The position numbers and the translations under genes are program-made. DNA of 64,000 bases. Source: Macrostomum lignano. Taxonomy: Eukaryota. The first letter of the stretch is position 1. Each line of letters opens with the position of its first letter. Location: contig NIVC01002662.1 in the NCBI GenBank assembly GCA_002269645.1, positions 87,468 to 151,467 of the forward strand, read 5' to 3'. Below the pieces are notes generated by a model, which worked only from the letters and a program-made list of their open reading frames with translations, made no database searches and was not told the DNA's origin. This document shows, in pieces, positions 1 through 10,200 of the stretch.

Positions 1-661
1 CTCTCCATTTCTTCCTGAACCTTTCCTATATATGTAGGCTTCATTCGCCCGCCATCCCTCACAAACCCCCGCTGCAGCATGGCAATGTTGCTGACAGAAA
101 TGGCCAACAAAGCTTTTCAACGTACCCCATCAGCAGTCTGCCGCTGGGCGGCAGCTGGCTTCAAGACGCGGATCGCGGACCTGCACTCGCTACGGAGGAC
201 CCCCACTGGGCGCAAAGTTTTGTCCGTACGCGATCAATATGCTTTCGCCAAAATCCCCAAACCCCATGCGGTACAGCCTGCGTAGCTAAAAATGCAATAA
301 AATCGGACGATACCTGGCCTAGAAGAGGCGATATGGTTGCGTCTTTTTACGAATGATGTGATCGAAGTAAAACTGAAGTGATGTTTGTGGGAATAATTCG
401 AGTAATTGTGACGCCTATGGCAACATAGTCCCACAAACAATGCTGATGGCAATTCTGGCCATTCCTCTGACTCCTGAGCATGTTCTCAATGCACACACTC
501 ACACAGGGTGCACACTGGTCCTGACTTTCTAATCCTAAGACGTATACACTCTCTATGCACACAAGCTAATACTACCAAGGGTCAAGATGCGACTGATCCA
601 AAGAAAGGAAGACGTCAAGACATTGTGATGTCACACACTCTTAGAATTTGAGGCGACTCAC

Positions 662-829
662 TTATTTGACTCGATAAGCTTCTTGACATTCTCCAGAGCT
701 TCCAGGTCGTTGACAATCGACTCGCACCAGAAGTTGTAGCCCAGCGACAGCACGCAGCTCGCAATGAGTTCGCTGGTGAAGAGCACGGAGTTAAACAGCA
801 GGGAGGGGAACACCAGGTGCCTCAGGTGT
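662..829 (-). CDS. TMEM179: TMEM179-like membrane protein, coding exon 2 (later exons not identified)
   Basis: Acceptor ttcAG at 831/830 and donor GTGAGT at 661; phase matches exon 1 (GG+A). Reads (G)HLRHLVFPSLLFNSVLFTSELIASCVLSLGYNFWCESIVNDLEALENVKKLIESN, resembling the TMEM179 third TM segment followed by the G(F/Y)xxWC motif (recalled, not searched). Confidence 0.6.
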
Positions 830-1015
830 CTGAAGTTTGTCGGGGTTAGGGGTATATGTTATATTTTTTACATCTTCAATTACACTTCAGCTTCAGAAGC
901 TTTATTTTAAAAGCTTATCAGTTTAAACGCAAGAAAGACGTATCTATAGCTACTTAAAATTAAAGCCCCGAAGGGCGGAAGCTGTGGAAGATGCAATGAT
1001 GAACCACTCACTCAC

Positions 1016-1383
1016 CCTTTTCTAACTTTGCTCGGCGCGCTGAGAAAGCCGTACAAAAGGCCCCACATGAGACTGTAGGAGGCGATGGTGATGTTGAGGT
1101 ACATCGAATAGAAGCAGGTCTTCTTTTCGCCTTTCTTCACCTCGTCGCCCAGGTGCAGCACGTAGGTGCCGTTCTTTGTCGGCTGGAGGTTGACCCGGCC
1201 GGGTTTGGCGTAGAGCGGGCACTCGAATCCCAAGTCCTCGTAGCTGACCTTCAGCGTGATGCAGGACACGAGGGCAAAGACGCAGGAGGCGGCGTACAGA
1301 GTGAGCTGGATCCAGCGCAGGTACCGCTGCATTGGCGCAGTTGGCAGTCTGGAAAACCGGCTGGCAACGCGCGTGACCTTCAT
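1016..1383 (-). CDS. TMEM179: TMEM179-like membrane protein, coding exon 1
   Basis: ORF 1012..1383 ends at donor GTGAGT (1015). TM segment QLTLYAASCVFALVSCITL, then DLGFECPLYA, Cys in KTCFYS and a second TM segment; this pattern matches the recalled TMEM179 family N-terminus. Start could be the ATG at 1383 or the downstream Met (MQRY). Confidence 0.6.
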
Positions 1384-4291
1384 TGTCTTATTATCTGCCT
1401 TGTCTACCTCTCTGAGAAAGACTTCGAGTTCTGCAGCTCAGCCGATATCAAAGAACATGTCGAATTTCTCAGCCGTTTGGGCATGCTATTAAAAACCGTT
1501 CATGCTGCATGATCCTTCGGGTTCTGGTCCGTTCTTCCGGATGTACTATAGTGACTAGAACGCATTGGAAACACTTTTGCTTATAGCAATCTTTTTAAAT
1601 GCAGCTTAAGCCAAGGCGGCCCCGCGAAGCTCGGTACTTGGCCTGAAATTTATTGGCAAACCAGCTGGCAACCAATGAGGAGGAAAGGACGCCTGCAGAG
1701 GCTGCATAGAGAGAAGGAAATTGCCAAGGGGGTGGAATCTGGTAGCCATCATTCATTCGAGTTCTTGCCTTGCCAGCCATGTAGGTACAAAGCATTCAAA
1801 TACGCAAAAAAGCATTTCCATTCCAACCTGTTTTTTGTTGTAAAATGTGTACTGCAGTCTCGAATCGTATAGAAAGAAAATCAAGGACAGCCAGATAGGA
1901 TTCAATATAGGGTTGAGATTGGTAGTTTTCAGCGTATTAGGCACTAAATTCTACAATATTTTACCACCCTGAGGCATCAAATTCCAAATAAAACCAGTGT
2001 TAGTCGGGTTCAAGGTTTTTTCGACGAACTATACGAGCCGCACGTTCCAAGACTGCTTGACGTGAAGCAGCTCATCGCAACCAGCAACCTCATCAATTCA
2101 GTGCTGATTTATCAATAATTGATTAGCAACCGTTGGAAAAAAAAAGAAATTCACCTTATATGGCTTGATGGTGCTGTCAACTGCAACTGTTGGCGAATAC
2201 AGTTGACATTTAGGACACTTTTTAATGAGGAAAAGCCCAAGAGACAGGGGCAGATTTGCTAAGTAGATGATTTGGGAATTTGTTCCCAACAACGCTGTCA
2301 AACGTCTTCAAACGTTTTCTCTTAATTTTTACAACGCGTTCATATCGATGTTGCTTGTGCAATCAAACAAGTTGGACTTTTAATTATCATTTCTCGTCTT
2401 TTCAATACCCCCTTCTCCTACGACCTTACCGCAGAGTTGGGTGGGCAGAACTGCAGTCAGCGTTGCTCGCGGGACGCTCTCCTCCCTCTCTTCTCTCCTT
2501 CTCCTTCCATCTTCATCTTCATAACTCCTCCATCTCCTTATTCGGGAGGCTGCGCTTCGGACATACATCATAGGACTGGCTGAGCAATGTCTCTGTTGGT
2601 AAGAATGCAGGAAAAACGGTGAAATGGTCTTCACGGAGGAGACAGAGACAGGCCAGTTCTGATTAGCCTGACAGGGTTGAACTCAAGGCCCTGATTATGC
2701 TGGAGACTGCGCTGCAGAAGGAAGAGAGAACGGAAATGATGGAGCGGCCAGCATGCCAGATAAAAGGGAACAGGACTGACCCCCGAGGTGTTTCCTCCAG
2801 CGAAGGAGAGGCGGGAAAAGATGGAACTGCTCAGGTTGGCCAGGGAGCTATGAGCTCACAGGAGATGAAGAGGAAATTTGTCCCCAACAGCCCGGCCCGC
2901 CATCCTAGAAAGCGAGAGAGCGAGCGACCCCCGATGCAGCATCCTGTCCTCCAAACCAAGGAAATTGGGAATCTCCATCATTCCTTCACTGCATAACCAT
3001 CCTATAGTGCAACAGGTTCTGGCATGCACTTCTCCTCTCTTCTACCAGCCTGAGCTGCGGCAGACAGCTATGCACTGCAGAAAAGGTGTACAGCAGTACT
3101 GTACATGCAGCCAGCTTGCATTACTTCACCACATTGCACATTTAATTGAAGAGCAGCCAGCAGGTTATATGCTTGAGTAGATCGACTTGCACGTATGCAT
3201 AAAAGCCTCTATTGAACTACATGTATACTTGATGAGAACGCATTTTCAGTACTGGTGTGACGCCGCATGCATAAGCTTCTTCCCACCTATACTGTACTTA
3301 CTACTGTCAGTAGTGATGGCTTTTATTTCTTGGATTGAGAGGCTGTCCAATCTCATGAGGTTTTGATCGTGTATTGTTCAGATTTTTTTAACTGTGACGA
3401 TATGTGTTGAGCTTTGACCTGACATTTAAAAAAACCCACAGGTTTTTACCGCTAGGAACTCAACCTAACGGGTCTCGGCCTCACTCAATGGTACCTGAAG
3501 AAGACTAGCCGGAGACTCTCCGCGTGTCTCCTCCCTCTTCCAGCTGCTGATTTGCCCCGATCCTAATTTTGAATGCGACACCAAGTTAGAACTGTTATAG
3601 AACTTCAATGAGAGTTAGATGTTCATGAGTTACGGTTATTCTGGCGCCTGTGGTCTCAGATTGGTTCCTTGTTGGCCTTCGCCAGTCTGAGTTGTGGGGT
3701 GAGAGCTGGCTAGAATTGAACCTTGTTTATGGCTGAGACGGCACTCTTCATGTGGCCCCCAGTTTCAGTAGTTTGATTGAGAATCGCATTTAATTGCTTG
3801 ATTGCTTTTTATGCGCTGAACTAATTTAGAGGCAGAAATTCAAGGTTAAATTATCTTACTGCCTGCATGATAGCGCGTTGTGAGAAGGCAAATTTTATAG
3901 GATAATTTTTTCGTTTTAATTCTTTCTTTGAATTATCCTTGAGGGTTTCAGAGGTGTAGGTGAGGGTTTCAATGGCCGTGACCGATATTAATTGGCCAAA
4001 CAGTTACTAATCATGCAGTCGCGATAAATCAAATCAATAATTCTAAATCAGAACTTAATAAAAACTTACAGAGTCCGGAATTATTAAGCGACCTAATTTT
4101 TATCTTGTAATGTAAATTCACCATGCAGCATAAAAGTATCAGAGGGCCTTATGACTGCTCAGCTTTTGGTACTATTCAATAATTTTTAGCTTACATTCCT
4201 GCCCAAAAGCTTGCATACAAGAATTTAATTATGAATAATATAGGACGTTCCTTGACCTACATACATTGGTCCATTTGTGTTAATTATTATA

Positions 4292-4551
4292 GGGCCTTTT
4301 CATATTACCAATTCCAGAACCAGAATCGGTTCGGAATTCCAAGAAAAACAGCAGTATAACTATTAAACTCTGTTAATATTTGACTGCCTTAACAGCCTCA
4401 CTTTGCACGATTTTTCACTTTCTTTTTGGCGATTGTCATTCAATAATAAAAACTTTATAGCACGTATCTCCCTCTAGTTATGGAGACAAAAAGTTATACT
4501 TCACAAACTGGTTCTGGTTCTGGAACCAGAACAAGCAATATGAAAAGGCCC
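4292..4551. mobile_element. Non-autonomous MITE, PIF/Harbinger-like (260 bp)
   Basis: Perfect 15-bp TIRs GGGCCTTTTCATATT (4292-4306) / AATATGAAAAGGCCC (4537-4551), flanked both sides by ATA (3-bp TSD); subterminal CCAGAA/TTCTGG repeats. Superfamily is inferred from the GGGCC termini and 3-bp TSD. Confidence 0.6.
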
Positions 4552-4625
4552 ATAGGTTTCAGGTAAAGTTGCTCGCTTTTGGCAAGTAGAATAAAGAGAA
4601 AAGCAAAAATCAACATCAATTTAGT

Positions 4626-4666
4626 TAAACGACCGTTTCGCACAACTCTGTGCATCTTCAGGTTTA
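4626..4666 (-). ncRNA. Minimal type-I hammerhead ribozyme-like motif (copy 1)
   Basis: Minus strand reads TAAAC-CTGAAGA-T-GCACA gagt TGTGC-GAAA-CGGTC-GTTTA: stem I TAAAC/GTTTA, conserved core, perfect 5-bp stem II, GUC triplet. Stem III lacks one base of the ACGCGT palindrome. Confidence 0.6.
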
Positions 4667-5052
4667 TTTTAAGCGTACAGATCGGAAGTTATAAATATGA
4701 AATTTTTGGGTGCAAATTTAATCAAAATTTTAAGTACACTTTTGTTAGTCCGTAAATCGAGAGGCAAAGTCCAGGGACGAATTGTTAGCGTTGCAGCCAA
4801 CAGTACAGAATGTACAGCCAGTGCGGCCCCTCCGTCAGAACACACGGAGAACATGGCCTGCGCCACTGTGTTGGAGTTGAGATGACGCGGATGTTGCAAT
4901 TAAGCGAGTTGGGTAATAATTAGCAGAATTTATTTTTGAAGAGTTAAGAAGGATAGCCAAAGAAAGGGAGGGCAAGTAAATGGTTTTGGATAGCCGACGG
5001 TTTCAGCCAAATTGCGATACCAATTGCGCAATATATTGCACAATTGCTTAAA

Positions 5053-5096
5053 TAAACCTGAAGATGCACATATTGTTGAGCGAAACGCGTCGTTTA
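5053..5096 (+). ncRNA. Minimal type-I hammerhead ribozyme-like motif (copy 2)
   Basis: TAAAC-CTGAAGA-T-GC acatattgttga GC-GAAA-CGCGTC-GTTTA: stem I 5 bp, CUGANGA and GAAA core, palindromic stem III ACGCGT, predicted cleavage after GUC at C5091. Stem II is weaker than in copy 1. Confidence 0.65.
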
Positions 5097-5722
5097 ACTA
5101 AATTAATGTTGATTTTGCTTTTATTTTTATTATAGGTTTCGATACACAGTAATAAAGAATACCTAGTGTTAATAACGATGAATTTGGTAAGAGAACGTAT
5201 TTTCCTCCGTGCCACGCCGGAACTTTTAGCATACTATAACGATTTTTAAGGTAGGTATTTAATTAAGAGACTTAGTCAAATCCATAGGTTTTAAATAAAA
5301 ATATTTAAAAAATATTCGAACGTTAAGATTTTAACCTAAGCTAGCGTTCTATTATGCACAATGATTCAGCTTCAAGCAAGTACAGAGCTCTTTCACAAAT
5401 TTCTGACACGACCTGACACCTCGACTCCTTGTTTCTTCACAAGTGAAAGCAATTTCTGTAAATTTAGCGTAAAACATTTCAACAATATTCATATATTATC
5501 TCTTCATAGTTGCAGATAGATGCACTTAGTTTTATAATATACTTCACATTATTTATAACCCTATGACTGAAAGTGAGACTGTCTTGCCTTAGATTTCAAG
5601 ATCTATAATATTAGAAGAAATACTAGGCGTAGGACCTAATACCATTATTTAATAAACTGTAGTGTAGGCCTAGATAAGTAAAGAATTGGGGTCATTTTAT
5701 TTATTTTATCAATTATCAGTGT

Positions 5723-6059
5723 TGTAATAGTGCTCAATTTGCGTGCGCGTGCACTTCTAGTGTTTTCTCCGTATTTCTTTCTGCGTCACCCCACCCCTGC
5801 GTATAGCCTTTTCTAGAAATTTCTTTTTGTTTCTGATTGGCTGAAAACGCGTGAATAACGAGCCCCAACCAATAGAGTGCTTAGTGCCTACCCTATCGAC
5901 GAAATCCGATTGGTTAGGATTTTCTAAGCTGCGTTTTTCACCCTGCCCTCCCCCATCGCGGTCAGTCTATTTAATCAAGCAAGCTGGAACGCAAATAAAT
6001 CAAGTTTTTCTCTGACTAAAGAAGTCCCGGCAGTTCAAACTCAAGAATACGCGGCTACA
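5723..6059 (+). repeat. 5' LTR of Gypsy element
   Basis: Starts TGTAATAG and ends GGCTACA; identical to 11643-11979; contains CCAAT/ATTGG boxes and AATAAA. Confidence 0.95.
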
Positions 6060-6060
6060 T

Positions 6061-6071
6061 TGGCGACCACG
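6061..6071 (+). promoter_or_regulatory. Primer-binding site (likely tRNA-Arg)
   Basis: TGGCGACCACG 1 nt after the LTR; complementary to a CGTGGTCG-CCA tRNA 3' end as in recalled animal tRNA-Arg(TCG). Confidence 0.75.
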
Positions 6072-6083
6072 CCAGTTTTCCAC

Positions 6084-7208
6084 ATGTGGAATAACGACGA
6101 CTACCTGGAACTACGTGGACGTCTCGTCGGACGACGGCGCAACGCAGGCGACGAGGCAGCTTCCGTTTCTACAGAGTCTACGAACGCGTCCAACCCCTTC
6201 GTGTCGATGACCACAGTCAGCGAAGCCACAAATCCCTTCCTCGTTGCCAACGACCTTCAGAGGGCACACTCGGCGGAAGTCTCAACCAACCCGTTCCTTG
6301 AAGACATCGACCAAGCGTCAGGGCAGGCCTCAGCAATGCAGCAGTACGCCTATCCTCCAGCTCACGGATACGCAGCGCTGCCAGACTACAATCCAGTACC
6401 GGCTCTTCCGCCAGTACCTAAGCCTGCACCGTACAACGGTCGGGAGGATTTCGACGACTTTCTCATCAGGATCAGCGCCTATATTAGCCGGTTCCCAGGC
6501 CTTCGAGACGCCGACAAGATCAACACCCTGACTGCGTTCCTCGGACCGGCTTTTGCAACGTACACCACCTGGCTGGCGATCCAGTGTGCCTACGTCGGAC
6601 TGCCACCGGGGACAACCCTGGACCAGCTACCTGGTGTCCGCTATGAGGGTCTCGTTGAACACCTCCGGTCTCGTCACGGCGGGGCCAAGAGTGCAGCGCT
6701 ACTTCGCCGCGAGTTCCGTGCTCGGCAGCGTCGACCAGAGGAGAGCTTCGAAACGTACCTGACGGAGCTTCAACGGCTAGCTGCAAGGGCATACCCGGAC
6801 CCAAGAGCTCAGGCTTACGTCCAACAGACAGTTAGCGAGCAGTTCATGCATGGTCTCAATGACGGCTACGTCACCGAGCGACTACTGAATCAACCAACAC
6901 CACCAAGCACGGTGGAGCAGGTTCTACGAATAGCCCAGCAGCTTCGAGAAACCCGGGCCTACATGGATGCTGGCCGTGGCGAAATCCAGCCCCAGCAACC
7001 GAGACCACCACAGAGCCAACCTTCAGCGCCACCGAAACCACTAATGCCTCAGCATCCTGCCTCATCAGGCGGTCGAGGACAGCAACGACAGCAATCACCG
7101 GCTAGTTCCAACTGTTTCGGCTGCGGTCAGCCGGGCCACATCCGACGAAATTGCCCAAACGCCGAGGGGGCTGGTTCGCGAGGCCAGCACCGGCCCTCTC
7201 AGCACTAA
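6084..7208 (+). CDS. Gypsy Gag polyprotein
   Basis: First ATG at 6084 within ORF 6060..7208; retrotransposon Gag capsid-like region (LRREFRARQRRPEESFETYLTELQRLAARAY) and CCHC knuckle CFGCGQPGHIRRNC. Confidence 0.92.
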   Translation: MWNNDDYLELRGRLVGRRRNAGDEAASVSTESTNASNPFVSMTTVSEATNPFLVANDLQRAHSAEVSTNPFLEDIDQASGQASAMQQYAYPPAHGYAALPDYNPVPALPPVPKPAPYNGREDFDDFLIRISAYISRFPGLRDADKINTLTAFLGPAFATYTTWLAIQCAYVGLPPGTTLDQLPGVRYEGLVEHLRSRHGGAKSAALLRREFRARQRRPEESFETYLTELQRLAARAYPDPRAQAYVQQTVSEQFMHGLNDGYVTERLLNQPTPPSTVEQVLRIAQQLRETRAYMDAGRGEIQPQQPRPPQSQPSAPPKPLMPQHPASSGGRGQQRQQSPASSNCFGCGQPGHIRRNCPNAEGAGSRGQHRPSQH

Positions 7209-10200
7209 CGCATTCGGCCTCAACACCACGCCTCAGCAGCTGCCAGCCTGGCCAGGTGCGCTTCGTCACAGCGCGCATCCTTAGACGACGGCGCCACTGT
7301 CTGATCGACACCGGGGCAGAGGTGTCCTGCATCAGCGATGACATATGTAAGAAAGCTAGGCGGCGGCTGCAGCCCAGCAGCATCATCATAAGAGGCGTGG
7401 ATGGCAACCTACAGTCTGTGCTGGGCGAGACTACTTTGGCAGTGACTCTGGGAACCGTACAAGTCCATCATCGTTTCGTCGTACTCGAGAAGCTTCACCC
7501 GACGTCCGTCATCCTGGGCTGTGACTTCCTCAGTGAACACGACGTCTCGGTCCATCTCCAAGCCGGTTGCATCACTTTCAACAGCCTAGGCGTGTCGATT
7601 CCAGCTCGAAAAAGTAAAGAGGCAGCACAGACCTGCAAGCTCGTATCAGCGGCCTCCGTGCAGCTGCAGCCAGGGGAGCGCTGGATAATCCCCGTTAAAC
7701 CAGCAAAGTCGGCCTCGTGGACGCGATCGGAGTGTCCAGGAGTCGTCACCGGCACAAGATCACAGGGGCTCCTGGTGGGTCGTTGTGTTGCCAAGCTGGT
7801 CGAGAGAGGCATGGGCCTAGCAGTCATCAACGTCGACGACCACACGGTCAACATCAGCGACGGCGACATTGTTGGCATCTTTTCCCCGCTAGGAAGTCAG
7901 CCATTCGTTCAGCAATCGGGTGCCGCTGGCAGCACGGCGGCGACGGCCGCTGGCAGCACGGCGGCGACGGCCACTGGCAGCACGGCGGCGACGGCCACTG
8001 GCAGCACGGCGGCGACGGCCGCTGGCAGCACGGCGGCGACGGCCGCTGGCAGCACGGCGGCGACGGCCACTGGCAGCACGGCGGCGACGGCCACTGGCAG
8101 CACGGCGGCGACGGCCGCTGGCAGCACGGCGGCGACGGCCGCTGGCAGCACGGCGGCGACGGCCGCTGGCAGCACGGCGGCGACGGCCGCTGGCAGCACG
8201 GCGGCGACGGCCGCTGGCAGCACGGCGGCGACGGTCGCGGTCAGCACGGCTACATCAACAACAGCTTTAGCGACGGACTTACCTCGCACCAACTGGCTGA
8301 ACGACGTGCACATCGAAAGCTCTATCTCCGTCGAAGAGCAACAGTCGGTCAAGGATTTGCTGTTAGAGTTCAGCACCGTTTTTGCATCCCCTGGCAATGC
8401 TGGTCGAACTGCAGTCCTGCAGCATCGCATCGACACCGGCGGGGCAAGGCCGATCCGGCAGGGTTTGCGGCGTGCAGCGCGTCCAGTCATCGACAAGCAG
8501 GCCGAATTGATCGACGACATGCTGACCAAAGGAGTAATCCGGCCGTCTTCATCGCCTTGGGCTTCGCCAATCGTGCTTGTTCGTAAGAAGGACGGGACAG
8601 CGCGCTTTTGCTTAGACTATCGACTGCTCAATGAGGTCACCAAGCCGGACGCTTTTCCAATTCCGAGGATCGACGACACACTCGATGCGCTGCAAGGCAA
8701 CGCCTACTTCTCGGCACTCGATCTGGAGAGTGGCTACTGGCAGGTTGAGGTCGAGGAGCGCGACAAAGAGAAAACTGCTTTCATCTGCCATCAAGGCCTC
8801 TTCGAGTTCAACGTCATGCCGTTTGGTCTGCGCAATGCCCCGGCAACCTTTCAACGCCTCATGCAGCTGGTGCTCCAAGGCCTGACCTGGCAAGCGTGCC
8901 TGGTCTTCATCGACGACGTTATTGTCATGGGCCGGACTATCGAGGAGCACAACTATCGGCTGCGGGCGGTGTTCGAGCGGCTGCGGGACGCGAACCTACG
9001 CTTGAAGCCATCTAAATGCCATTTCGCCAACACCACGATGATCGTCTTGGGCCATCGAGTTTCCAAGTCGGGTATCACCGTCGACGAGTCAAAGACTGCT
9101 GCGATCCGAGACTGGCCTACACCCCGAACTTCCAAGGAGGTCAAGAGCTTCCTAGGTCTCGCAGCCTACTATAGACGGTTCATTCGGGATTATTCAAAGA
9201 TCGCTGAGCCGCTACGACGCCTGACGGTTCCGACAGAAAGGTTTCAGTGGACGTCCAAGGCCCAAGAAGCATTCGACCAACTGAAGGCAACACTGACCTC
9301 TGCTCCAATCCTCGCCTTCCCGGATACTAGTGCGACCAGCTCGGAGTTCATTCTGGACACTGACGCCAGCGACTGCGCCATTGGTGCGGTACTCTCTCAA
9401 CTGCAGGCGGGCGAAGAACGAGTCATCGCGTACTCCAGCAGAGCACTAACGAAAGCCGAGCGCAACTACTGTGTAACGAGGCGGGAGCTGCTGTCCGTCG
9501 TTGAGCATGTCAGGAAGTTCCGGAATTACCTGCTGCCTCGGAAGTTCACCGTGCGGGTCGATCATCAGTCTCTAACGCACCTGCTGACATTCAAGGAGCC
9601 CGAAGGTCAACTCGCGCGGTGGCTGCAGACGCTAGACGAGTTCGACTTCAGAGTACTCTATCGGCCGGGCCGTCAACACAACAACGCCGATGCGCTGTCC
9701 CGTCAGCAGCAGCGCTGTACCAACCAGTGTCGGGTGTGTCGACCAACAAATGAGACCACCAGCAGGACGACATCCTCGGTTGCCTGCCAGACCGACGCCA
9801 ACAGTGATGCCGCCGCTGCCGCCCAGATCAACGCAGCGACCATCAAGCTAGTGTCGACGGCTACCGACGAAGCTGTTCAGACCGACAATGTGCATGTCTG
9901 CGTCGGCACCGTGCCATCAAGGCGCAAGCAAATCCATCAGCCCCGGTCGGACGACAGCGAAGAAAGCAGCAGCAGCGAGGACGACACCAACGAAGATGAA
10001 TCCGCAGCGCCAGCGGCAGACAACAGGCCACCGACGCTACGTATGCTTCAGCTGCAGGATCCGGTTATCAGTCCGGTGTTCCGACTGCTGGCCGACGGCA
10101 AGACTAGGTTTACCGACCGACAACGCGACCGAGTACCGCCGGAGAGCCTGGTGCTGGCGCAGAAGGTGCATGACTTGTGTTTCGTGAACGGTACACTGCA

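Larger units (their letters stand above)
4599..5122. mobile_element. Inverted pair of about 75-bp Penelope-like pseudo-LTR fragments (arms about 4599-4673 and 5045-5122)
   Basis: The two arms are reverse complements at high but imperfect identity, and each contains a CTGAAGA...CGAAAC hammerhead core. Inverted pLTR fragments with minimal hammerheads are typical of Penelope-like elements. No PLE ORF is seen. Confidence 0.55.

Noticed and set aside
79-562. Short ORFs as candidate later exons of the TMEM179-like gene
   Set aside because: No acceptor and phase combination gave a convincing fourth TM segment; left unassigned.
2380-3180. Purine-rich stretch with about 100-aa ORFs
   Set aside because: No domain motifs, termini or TSD identifiable; may be a TE remnant but cannot be supported.
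3490-3540. CTGAAGA motif resembling another hammerhead
   Set aside because: No downstream GAAAC core or stem I complement.
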